The position numbers were made by a program, and so were the translations under genes. The notes under the pieces are model-generated. The model did not search any database. It was not told the origin of the DNA and saw nothing but the letters and a program-made list of their open reading frames with translations. 64,000 nt of DNA. Source: an uncultured Solirubrobacterales bacterium (GTDB lineage Bacteria > Actinomycetota > Thermoleophilia > Solirubrobacterales > 70-9). Below are positions 11,495-19,954 of this stretch, one piece after another (the stretch's first letter is position 1; every line of letters begins with the position of its first letter). The stretch is taken from positions 100,231 to 164,230 of the forward strand of contig CAVWBK010000005.1 in NCBI GenBank assembly GCA_963753245.1, read 5' to 3'.

Positions 11495-12129
11495 TGCGCG
11501 AGCGTCTGAACAAGGACCCGAAAGCCCAGATCGCGCTGGTCGCCGTGCTGGTCGCCGCCGCCGCCTTTCTCCTGCTCGGCAAATCCGGCGGCGGCGAATC
11601 GAGCGAAGAAACACCGAGCACAGAAGCGACGGTCTCGGTGGCCGGCACCGGGGCGAGCGGGACCGCCACGGGCGCCACCCCCGGCGAAGCGGTCGAAGGC
11701 GCGGTCGAAGAGGCCGCCTCGGCAGCTGCAGCTGAAGTCCCCCCGGTCCCACCCAGCGGCGTCGATGCCCCGCCGCTGCCGGCGCCGGTGATGAGCGCCT
11801 ACAAGGCAAACAAGACCGTCGTCCTGCTGATCGTCCACAACGGCGGCATCGACGATCGCCTCGTCACCCGCTCGGTGCGCAGCCTCTCCTCGCTCTCCGA
11901 TGTCGCCTACTTCGTCGTGCCGGCCTCCCAGGTGGCCCGCTACGCGGCGATCACGCTCGGCGTCGAAGTCTCGCGCGTACCGGCGCTGGTCGTGATGCGC
12001 CCCCGGAATCTGAGCAAGGGGAAGCCGCAGGCGAGCGTTAGCTACGGCTACCTGAGTACCCAGAGCGTGGTCCAGGCGGTCAACGACGCCTCCTACCACG
12101 GCCCCGGCGAGACCTACTACCCGCAGTGA
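11494..12129 (+). CDS. Hypothetical single-pass membrane protein with a Cys-less thioredoxin-like C-terminal domain
   Basis: 211 aa with a TGATG overlap onto the upstream pilT-like gene. N-terminal TM (IALVAVLVAAAAFLLLG), Ala/Glu/Pro-rich linker, and a beta-alpha-beta pattern (VVLLIVHNGG.., VAYFVV, VPALVVMRP) without CxxC. Confidence 0.6.
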   Translation: MRERLNKDPKAQIALVAVLVAAAAFLLLGKSGGGESSEETPSTEATVSVAGTGASGTATGATPGEAVEGAVEEAASAAAAEVPPVPPSGVDAPPLPAPVMSAYKANKTVVLLIVHNGGIDDRLVTRSVRSLSSLSDVAYFVVPASQVARYAAITLGVEVSRVPALVVMRPRNLSKGKPQASVSYGYLSTQSVVQAVNDASYHGPGETYYPQ

Positions 12130-12133
12130 GCGC

Positions 12134-13945
12134 ATGAGCGCCCTCGATCCCTATCCCGATCACCTGCGCCCGGTGCCCGTATATGCCGACGTCGCCGAGC
12201 AGCCCGTGGCTGCAGAACCGGTGCCCGGCGTGCCCGGGCTCAGCGCCCCCCTGCACCGCGGACATTCGCGGGGCCTGGTCACCGATGTCCTGGTCGAGCT
12301 CGGCTACGTGACGCCCGAGAGCGTCCAGGCGGCGATCGATCAGGCGCGCCTGGCCGGCGTCTCGCCCGAGTCGCTGCTGCTCGAGCAGGGCCAGATCAGC
12401 AGCGATCAGCTGACCCGGGCGACCGCGGAGCGCTATGGCCTCGACTACGTCGACCTCGCGCTCTACCAGGTTGATATGGGTGCCGCGGCGCTCTTTCCGG
12501 TGACGATGGCGCGCCGCTACAAGGCGGTGCCGATCGGCTACGTTGACCAGCACACCCTGCTGGTCGCGACCGCCGACCCGGCAAACGTCCTGGTTGTCGA
12601 TGACGTTCAGGTTGCCACCGGTCTCGATTGCGACATCGCGGTGGCCAGCGTCGAGGACGTCGAGTCACTGCTCTCGCGGCTCGGAACCCTGCAGAGTGCC
12701 GCCGCCGGGGCGATCATCGAAGAACACGACGCGCGTGAAGGGGAGCAGGACCTCGACGGCAACTCGGTCGCCGAAATGCAGGTCAGCGCCGCCGATGCCC
12801 CGGTCGTCAAGCTCGTCTACAGCATCCTCGCCCAGGCCGTCGGAGAAGGTGCCTCAGACGTCCATCTCGAGCCCGAAGAAGACGGCCTGCGGGTGCGCTT
12901 CCGTGTCGACGGCGTGCTCAAGGAGTCCGCCCATGTTCCACGGCGGATGATCAACGCGGTGATCTCGCGGCTGAAGATCATGAGCGAGCTCGACATCGCC
13001 GAGAAGCGGGTTCCCCAGGACGGTCGGGTCAGCGTCAGCGTCGAGGAACGACGCATCGATCTGCGCGTGACGACCCTGCCCACCCAGCGCGGTGAGGGGG
13101 CGACGATCCGGATCCTCGACGAAAGTAACTCCGAACGCTCGCTCGATGATCTGGGCATGGACGGCAGTGCGCGTGAGCGTTTTGAAACCTCCTTCAAACG
13201 TGCCTACGGCGCCGTCTTGGTCACCGGTCCAACCGGCTCGGGCAAGTCGACGACCCTCTACGCGACGCTGGCCGAGCTGAACAGCATCGAGAAGAAGATC
13301 ATCACGATCGAGGACCCGGTCGAGTACCGGATCCCGGGCATCAACCAGATCAACGTCAACCGCAAGGCCGGTCTGGATTTCGCCACCGGGCTGCGCTCGG
13401 TTCTGCGCGCCGATCCCGACATCGTGATGGTCGGTGAGATCCGCGACGGAGAGACGGCGCGGATCGCGATCGAGGCGGCGCTGACCGGCCACATGATGCT
13501 GACCACCCTGCACACAAACGATGCCCCGGGCGCGATCGCGCGCCTCAACGAGATGGGCATCGAGACCTTCCTAACCGCCTCCGCGGTGGACTGCGTCGTC
13601 GCCCAGCGCCTTGCCCGTCGCCTCTGCCCGCACTGCAAGCGGACCGCGGTCCTGCCTGCAGCGGCGCTTGTCGAAGCAGGATTCGAGGCGGACTCCGACG
13701 TAGAAGCGCTGGAACCCGGCGGCTGCGGGCGCTGTGGTCAAAGCGGCTACCGCGGCAGGGTCGGGATCTACTCGGTGATGACCCTCAGCGCGAGGCTCAA
13801 GGAAATGACCGTCAACAGCGCCCCCGAGCCCGAGATCGCCGCCGTCGCCCGCGAAGAGGGGATGCTGACCCTGCGCGAGGACGGTCTGCACAAGGTGCGC
13901 GCGGGGGAGACCAGTCTCGAGGAGGTACTCCGTGTCACAGCTTGA
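12134..13945 (+). CDS. pilB: Type IV pilus assembly ATPase PilB (GspE family)
   Basis: 603 aa. N-terminal T2SSE_N-like domain, Walker A GPTGSGKSTT and tetracysteine motif CPHCK..CGRCGQSGYRGR. Confidence 0.9.
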   Translation: MSALDPYPDHLRPVPVYADVAEQPVAAEPVPGVPGLSAPLHRGHSRGLVTDVLVELGYVTPESVQAAIDQARLAGVSPESLLLEQGQISSDQLTRATAERYGLDYVDLALYQVDMGAAALFPVTMARRYKAVPIGYVDQHTLLVATADPANVLVVDDVQVATGLDCDIAVASVEDVESLLSRLGTLQSAAAGAIIEEHDAREGEQDLDGNSVAEMQVSAADAPVVKLVYSILAQAVGEGASDVHLEPEEDGLRVRFRVDGVLKESAHVPRRMINAVISRLKIMSELDIAEKRVPQDGRVSVSVEERRIDLRVTTLPTQRGEGATIRILDESNSERSLDDLGMDGSARERFETSFKRAYGAVLVTGPTGSGKSTTLYATLAELNSIEKKIITIEDPVEYRIPGINQINVNRKAGLDFATGLRSVLRADPDIVMVGEIRDGETARIAIEAALTGHMMLTTLHTNDAPGAIARLNEMGIETFLTASAVDCVVAQRLARRLCPHCKRTAVLPAAALVEAGFEADSDVEALEPGGCGRCGQSGYRGRVGIYSVMTLSARLKEMTVNSAPEPEIAAVAREEGMLTLREDGLHKVRAGETSLEEVLRVTA

Positions 13946-15089
13946 CTTTGACTTCGCTGGGGTTCTCGGCCGCATGGTCGAACTGCAGGCATCCGACGTT
14001 CACCTCACGGCCGGGTTCCCGCCCGCGATCCGCGACAAGGGAAAGATCTGGCCGATGGAGGGGTTTCCCGTGCTCAGCGAGCAGCAGACCCGCGAGGTCA
14101 TCTACGGCATCCTCAATGACGACCAGCGCAAACGCTTTGAGACCAAAAAGCAGCTCGACTTCGCCTACGCGATTCCCCACGTTGCCCGCTTCCGCGTCAA
14201 CTGCTTCTTTCAGCGCGGTTCGGTCAGCGCCGCCTTCCGCCTGGTTCCGCACGGAATCCCGAACCTCGAGCAGCTCAAGGTGCCCCAGATCCTCCGCGAC
14301 CTGACCAAAAAACCGCGCGGCTTCGTCCTCATCACCGGCCCGACCGGCTCGGGCAAGTCGACGACCCTGGCGGCGATGATCGATCTGATCAACACCGAAA
14401 ATCACGATCACATTCTCACGATCGAGGACCCGATCGAGTTCCTCCACCAGCACAAGAACTCGATCGTCAATCAGCGCGAGATCGGCGCCGATGCGCCCGA
14501 TTTCGCCCTCGCCCTGCGCGCCGCCCTGCGAGAGGACCCCGATGTGATCCTCGTCGGCGAGATGCGCGACAAGGAGACGATCTCAACCGCCCTGACCGCG
14601 GCGGAGACCGGCCACCTCGTATTCGCCACCCTCCACACCCAGTCAACCGCCCAGACCGTCGACCGGATCATCGACGTCTTCCCCTCCGAGCAGCAGGCCC
14701 AGGTACGCACCCAGCTCTCGATCGCCCTGCAGGGGATCGTCACCCAACAGCTCCTGCCGATCGCCGATGGCAGCGGCCGGATCGTCGCCTGTGAGGTGCT
14801 GATCCCAACCCCGGCGATCCGCAACCTGATCCGTGAGGGCAAGACCCACCAGATCTACGCCGCGGTGCAGACCTCCGGGGCGGTCGGGATGCAGACGATG
14901 GACTCCGAGCTGGCTCGCCTCGCGCGCGAGGGAACAATCTCCCACGCGGTCGCCGAGCAACGCTCCTCGGTGCCCGAGGAGCTCAAACGGCTGCTCGGGG
15001 CGATGCCCGGCGGCGGAGCTGAACAACCGTCCTATTCCTACGACGGTGCGCCGCCCCCGATCACCCCCGCCTACACGCAGGGGGCCTAG
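13932..15089 (+). CDS. pilT: Twitching motility/retraction ATPase PilT
   Basis: 385 aa with a 14-nt overlap onto pilB. Walker A GPTGSGKSTT and canonical PTPAIRNLIREGKTHQIY. Confidence 0.9.
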   Translation: MSQLDFDFAGVLGRMVELQASDVHLTAGFPPAIRDKGKIWPMEGFPVLSEQQTREVIYGILNDDQRKRFETKKQLDFAYAIPHVARFRVNCFFQRGSVSAAFRLVPHGIPNLEQLKVPQILRDLTKKPRGFVLITGPTGSGKSTTLAAMIDLINTENHDHILTIEDPIEFLHQHKNSIVNQREIGADAPDFALALRAALREDPDVILVGEMRDKETISTALTAAETGHLVFATLHTQSTAQTVDRIIDVFPSEQQAQVRTQLSIALQGIVTQQLLPIADGSGRIVACEVLIPTPAIRNLIREGKTHQIYAAVQTSGAVGMQTMDSELARLAREGTISHAVAEQRSSVPEELKRLLGAMPGGGAEQPSYSYDGAPPPITPAYTQGA

Positions 15090-15092
15090 CCG

Positions 15093-16337
15093 ATGTCGGG
15101 CGCCACCACCTTTGCCTTCCGGGCGATGGACGTCTCGGGCTTTGCCTCCGCCGGCGAGCTCGAGGCCGAATCCAAGGCGCAGGTCTCTGAGCGCCTGCGC
15201 CAGCGCGGCCTGATCGTCCTTGACGTCAGCGAGAAGCGCGAACCGCTCAATGTCGAGGACCTGTTCAAGAAATGGCAGGGGGTCGACATGCGCGAACTGG
15301 CGGTCTTCTCGCGCCAGTTCGCGACCCTGGTCGCCTCCGGGATGCCGATGCTGCGCACCCTGCACACGCTTGAAGAGCAGACCGAGGACGAGCAGATCCG
15401 CGATGCGGTCGCCGGCGTCAGGGCCGACGTCGAGGCCGGTTCGACCTTGGAGAAGGCGATGGAGCGCCACCCGAAGGTCTTTGACCGCCTCTTCCGGGCG
15501 ATGGTCCGCTCCGGCGAGCAGTCCGGGCGCCTCGAGGACTCCCTCGACCGGATCGCCTTCCAGGTCGAGAAAGCCGACGTGCTGCGCCGCCAGGTCAAAT
15601 CGGCGCTGATGTATCCGGCGCTGATCTTCGGTTTCGCCGCGGTGGTCCTGATCGTGATCGTCGCCTTCGTGATCCCGGTCTTCGTCAAGATCTTTGAAGA
15701 ACTCGCCGCCGAACACCCCGAAGAAGCAGCGGGCTTGCCGCTGCCGACCCAGATCTGCGTCAACGCCTCAAACATCCTCACCGGCTACTGGTACTTCCTG
15801 ATCCCGGCGATCGTCGTGATCGTCTTTGGCTTCATCAAATGGAAGAAAACGGACTCCGGCCATGAAACCTGGGACCGCTTCAAACTGCGTCTGCCGGCAA
15901 AAATCGGCGACGTGATCCAGAAGGTTGCGCTCGCCCGCTGGTCGCGGACCTTCTCGGGTGCGGTCTCCTCCGGCGTGCCGATGCTGCAGGCGATCAAACT
16001 GACCGGTGAAACGGCGGGAAACATCGTCGTCGAGCAGGCGATGGAAGACGTCTACGCCTCGGTCAAGCGCGGCGGCTCGCTCGCGGGCCCGATCGAGACC
16101 AACCCGATCTTCCCGGCGATGGTCGGCCACATGGTCGCCGTCGGCGAGGAGACCGGCCAGCTCGAGCACATGCTGAGCAAGGTCGCCGACTTCTATGAGG
16201 CCGAGGTCGACGCCAAGGTCAAGGCGCTGACCGCCCTGATCGAGCCGCTGATGATCGTCTTCGTCGGTGGTGTCGTCGGCTTCATCGTGATCTCGATGTA
16301 CCTGCCGATGTTCAGCATCTACGAACACATCCGCTAG
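15093..16337 (+). CDS. pilC: Type IV pilus platform protein PilC (T2SS F family)
   Basis: 414 aa. Two T2SSF repeats with TM segments (FSRQFATLVASGMPMLRTL, WSRTFSGAVSSGVPMLQAI). Confidence 0.9.
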   Translation: MSGATTFAFRAMDVSGFASAGELEAESKAQVSERLRQRGLIVLDVSEKREPLNVEDLFKKWQGVDMRELAVFSRQFATLVASGMPMLRTLHTLEEQTEDEQIRDAVAGVRADVEAGSTLEKAMERHPKVFDRLFRAMVRSGEQSGRLEDSLDRIAFQVEKADVLRRQVKSALMYPALIFGFAAVVLIVIVAFVIPVFVKIFEELAAEHPEEAAGLPLPTQICVNASNILTGYWYFLIPAIVVIVFGFIKWKKTDSGHETWDRFKLRLPAKIGDVIQKVALARWSRTFSGAVSSGVPMLQAIKLTGETAGNIVVEQAMEDVYASVKRGGSLAGPIETNPIFPAMVGHMVAVGEETGQLEHMLSKVADFYEAEVDAKVKALTALIEPLMIVFVGGVVGFIVISMYLPMFSIYEHIR

Positions 16338-16784
16338 GCACTCCCTGCCAGATCGAGCTACTCGCTGCGGCCTCGGGTTCCGAGCGCGGGGCCCTGAGCC
16401 TGCTTGAGTGTGGTCGGCATCCGGGCGCCGTTGCAGTCATCTCACCGAGTGGGAACCGCGGCGTACTATCGCGATTCCAGGGGCGAGTCCTCTTCCCGCC
16501 CCAGGCTGAAAGGAATGGTACGGGCAGAAGCGCCTAACACCCGTGGACGCCCGTACGATCGTTCCTGCAAATTGACGGTATCGGGGGTTGCGCTAAGCAA
16601 TAATGGGGCCGCAGAGGATCAATTAATCGGCGCCGCAGTGGGGAAAACTGGCGTTTTCGGATCTATCACTCTGCAGAGCTAAAGATGTCTCGGCAGCCGC
16701 CGATGAATGAGGCGTAACTGCCAGAGTCTCGGAGCCCCAAAGCCCGGACAACGGCGCAAACGATAGGTCCAATAGGAGGTACCT

Positions 16785-17255
16785 ATGTTGCTCCAGAACC
16801 TCCGGGCACGAGTAGGAGCCCGGCTCAACGGCGATAAGGAGGCCGGTTTCACACTGATCGAGCTTCTTGTCGTGATGCTGATCCTCGGCATCCTGGCCGC
16901 CATCGCGCTGCCCGCCTTCTTCAACCAGAAGGAAAAGGCCGGCGATGCAAAGGCCAAGGAGTATGACCACAGTGCGCAGGTCGCAATGGAGACCTGCAAC
17001 ACCGAAAAAAATGGCACCTATGTTGGTTGCAACGAAGCAGCGCTCATCGCAATTGAGCCAACACTGCAGAGCGCGACCGAACTCAAAACGAACGGCAAAG
17101 GCGGTTTGCTGGCCCCGGAAGAAAAAAATTACCGGGTGACCACAAAAGGATCGTCCGGCACCTTCTGGATTGAAAACGAAGGTGGCAAACTCTCGTTCGG
17201 ATGTTCGAACGAAAAACACGGCGGCTGTCCAGCCGGCGGCAAATGGGGCGAATAG
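16785..17255 (+). CDS. pilA: Type IV major pilin (prepilin with N-terminal cleavage/methylation site)
   Basis: 156 aa. Strong RBS (AGGAGG, 6 nt upstream). 21-residue leader ending ..KEAG, then FTLIELLVVMLILGILAAIALP with Glu5. Four Cys in the C-terminal half. Locally lower GC. Confidence 0.85.
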   Translation: MLLQNLRARVGARLNGDKEAGFTLIELLVVMLILGILAAIALPAFFNQKEKAGDAKAKEYDHSAQVAMETCNTEKNGTYVGCNEAALIAIEPTLQSATELKTNGKGGLLAPEEKNYRVTTKGSSGTFWIENEGGKLSFGCSNEKHGGCPAGGKWGE

Positions 17256-17279
17256 TCCTATGAGTCGGATCGCTTAGGC

Positions 17280-18695
17280 ATGAATACGCTAAGCGCAAGC
17301 AACGCCGCGGGGCGGGCCTTCAGGGCCCGCCCCTTGGTGTGCTTGCTGTCAATCGCGGCCCTGGTGTTGGGTCTGCTGGCTTCTCCGGCCGCGGCGACGA
17401 CAATCCTGAAGACGCCCACCCTGACCGGAACCCTTCCGGCATCTCCTTCCACCGCGTTGAGACCGACGGTGACCGGGAACTCCGAAGGAGTGATCACCTC
17501 CGTTTTTGGCGCCGGCAGCAAGCTCGGAGCGGTCACCAGAGCCGGCGGAGAACACAGCGACCTTCAGATCACGATATATGCAGAAGATCCGACCTGTTCG
17601 CAGGCGAGCGCAATCGTCGCCGAAGGCAGCGCCAGTCAGCTCGACAGCAGCGGCATCCAGGTAGAAAGCGACGTGAAAGCAGATTGGACCACCCACTTCT
17701 ATGCAGATCAGTCAGATCCCGAAGGACATTCTGAAACATCTGAATGCTCTGCCGGGCTGCCTTACAGGCAGGTCTCGACGCCACCCGCGGCTCCCAGCTT
17801 CACCTCGATAAACCCGATCTCACCCTCGGGAGTCGATACCCCGCGTCTGATCGGCACCGTCACCGCGCAGGCGACGATCACCATCTACGCAGATCCCAGC
17901 TGCCTGGGCGCACCGCTTGCCTCTGGCAGCGCCGCGGAATTCGAAGCTGCCGGGATTGCCGTCAGCTTGGCGGATGGTTCGACCACAACCTTTTACGCGA
18001 CCGCTTCGCTGGCCGGGTTGGTCTCGAGTTGTTCCAGTTCCTCAATCGCCTACCAAGACGTGGCTGAAGGTGCACACGAACAGCCACACGAACAGCCCGG
18101 CGGCGGAGAAGGGCCCCACGAAAGTCTCCCAAATCCGCCCGGCGCACCTGCCCCGCCGAAGCTGCGTACCAACCCCGAAGGCACGGCAAATGACAACACG
18201 CCCAAGGTTACGGGCAGGGCGCCTGGGGCGACCAGCGTGGAAATCTTCGACGGCGTCGGCTGCCGCGGTGTGGCGATTGCCTCGGGTTCGGTCGCGCAAT
18301 TCTCGGCTGGACTCACGATCCACGTCGCCGACAACGCCTCCGTCAACCTCTATGGGGTTGCAATCGATGGCGGCGGCGACCGCTCGGCCTGCTCCTCTGA
18401 TCCGGTCACCTACACCGATGACGCAACGATGCCTTACGCTGAGTTCACCAGCGGACCGGGTGCCAAGACCCGCAAACACACCGTTCTGTTCACCTTCATC
18501 GACTCAAGCGGCGATCCATCGGCCTCGTTCCTCTGTCGTCTTGACCGTCGCCCCTGGTCCAAATGTCAGTCGCCTCTTCGCCTCAGTAAGCTTGGCCACC
18601 GGCGTCATAGGCTGACCGTGAGGGGTGTCGATGCCGCCGGAAACGTGGAGGAATCCGGCACCACTCGCAGTTTCAAGGTAGTTCGCGGCCACTAA
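17280..18695 (+). CDS. Secreted protein with three tandem Cys-bracketed Ig-like repeats plus a C-terminal beta domain
   Basis: 471 aa. Signal peptide (LLSIAALVLGLLASPAAA). The pattern IY.D..C...A.GSA..F...GI.V....FYA......S.CS is repeated three times. No catalytic motif recognised. Confidence 0.7.
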   Translation: MNTLSASNAAGRAFRARPLVCLLSIAALVLGLLASPAAATTILKTPTLTGTLPASPSTALRPTVTGNSEGVITSVFGAGSKLGAVTRAGGEHSDLQITIYAEDPTCSQASAIVAEGSASQLDSSGIQVESDVKADWTTHFYADQSDPEGHSETSECSAGLPYRQVSTPPAAPSFTSINPISPSGVDTPRLIGTVTAQATITIYADPSCLGAPLASGSAAEFEAAGIAVSLADGSTTTFYATASLAGLVSSCSSSSIAYQDVAEGAHEQPHEQPGGGEGPHESLPNPPGAPAPPKLRTNPEGTANDNTPKVTGRAPGATSVEIFDGVGCRGVAIASGSVAQFSAGLTIHVADNASVNLYGVAIDGGGDRSACSSDPVTYTDDATMPYAEFTSGPGAKTRKHTVLFTFIDSSGDPSASFLCRLDRRPWSKCQSPLRLSKLGHRRHRLTVRGVDAAGNVEESGTTRSFKVVRGH

Positions 18696-18712
18696 GGCCG
18701 GCACGGCCGGCC
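18696..18712 (+). terminator. GC hairpin after the stop of the Ig-repeat gene (no U tract)
   Basis: GGCCGGC (18696-18702), ACG loop, GCCGGCC (18706-18712). Confidence 0.3.
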
Positions 18713-19090
18713 GGAGCGTGAGCGCGCTGAGAACGAGCACCCGTGCTTTGGCTGCTTCGTGATGGCTGCTGTCTGCAAGAGGCGAAATGCCGCTCGCAGC
18801 ACCCGAACATTCCACGTCATGGACGACGACTGTGACGTCTCGTCGGCTCGTCTGATTTCTTGGAGGGCGCTGATTTTCTGCCGGTGGTGCCTGCTCTCTT
18901 CTGCTGGCGTCCCAGCTCCGAATTTCAGACTGATGTTGAGCGCACCCAGGACTTCCAGACATTGGCATCGGATTCGTCTTTAGCGCGGATGCGCATCATC
19001 GGAGTATGGCTGGCGGTGTTGCTGGAGAAGGCCCGGGCGCTCTTTTCGACAGCGCAAAATGGGGGTCGAATACGGCGGCGGGCAGTCTTA

Positions 19091-19120
19091 TTGACAAAAG
19101 TTCAGCGCGCCGCTTACGTT
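19091..19120 (+). promoter_or_regulatory. Promoter-like element TTGACA-N17/18-TACGTT
   Basis: TTGACA at 19091-19096 and TTACGT/TACGTT at 19114-19120. Lies 12 nt upstream of GTG 19132 and the TCCC repeat. Confidence 0.3.
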
Positions 19121-19131
19121 CCCGTCCCGAT

Positions 19132-19926
19132 GTGAGCTTCCAGCCGAACCTCCCTCCCTCCCTCCCTCCCTCCTCTCGGCCTGCTGAACGCCACCGCGTC
19201 GATCACCCTGGCCCTGCTTGGCACTGGCACGAGCATTGCGGTCGGATCAAGCGCTCCGACCGAGGCCGAAACTGCCCGCCCGCCCTGAAGAAAGAGTGAA
19301 CCTGACGCCACTGGTGCCGGGAGCACCGACCTCCCGGTCGGGACGGCGAAACGAGAAGGGAATCTCGAGGTTCTCCACCTGCAGATCCATTGCGGGTTCG
19401 CGGTCGACCCCAGCACGGCGACGATCGTCGAATGCAACCAGCCTCGGGTCACGGCCAGGGCCTACCGCGGCACCGACGGCGCCGTCACCCTCCCGGTCGG
19501 CCGTCTCGCCAACGGCGGCGGTTCGCAGCCGCAAACGGCACAGGCGATCCGACTGACGGAGAAGAACCTTTGCCGGATCAAAGTGCCGAAGGCGATTGAG
19601 ACCGCGAAAAGCGGTGCGCTCCTCCAATTGCGCCCAAGCTGTGTTGGGCCTCAGCGTCGCCAACGAAGGTTCGGCAGTCGGAACCGCGGTGCGCCCCCAG
19701 GCATGTGTGATCGTCCAGATCACCGCCTTCACAACTCGGCAGCGACGCACGCTAAAAAGACTCGATCCCGGTCTCGATCGCGGTGGGGCGCGGCTTCGGC
19801 GGCGGCAGCTCGACCGGCTACGAGGCGGCTGACTTGGAAGTGAAGGTCTCCGACCCGTCGCTCGTCGAACCGCACCTGGTCGAACCCGAAGACCCCGAAC
19901 AGGAAACGCTTTGCAAAGACTCGTGA
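19132..19926 (+). pseudogene. Decayed plus-strand gene of unknown function (frame-shifted, in-frame TGA)
   Basis: Coding-like GC3-rich segments lie in frame 2 (19289 to about 19640), frame 3 (about 19630-19760) and frame 1 (19759-19926). In-frame TGA at 19286-19288. No continuous ORF and no family recognised. Confidence 0.35.
19149..19173 (+). repeat. Tetranucleotide microsatellite (TCCC)5 with partial flanking units
   Basis: CC-TCCC-TCCC-TCCC-TCCC-TCCC-TCC read directly at 19149-19173. I saw no other tract of this kind in the window. Confidence 0.9.
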
Positions 19927-19954
19927 TAGGGGTTGCTGTGGCTGCTGGCGCTGG

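Noticed and set aside
10451-11809. 452-aa minus-strand ORF opposite the pilT-like gene.
   Set aside because: Antisense artefact. The plus strand encodes a protein with Walker motifs and a PilT core.
16404-16682. 92-aa ORF in the pilC-pilA intergenic region, and the idea of a c-di-GMP riboswitch there.
   Set aside because: The ORF has no RBS and poor composition. I could not find the conserved GEMM-I/II features by eye. I therefore report only a long leader, not a riboswitch.
19286-19288. In-frame TGA in the decayed gene read as selenocysteine or programmed read-through.
   Set aside because: I could not identify a SECIS-like hairpin. At least two frameshifts further downstream make simple gene decay the more economical explanation.
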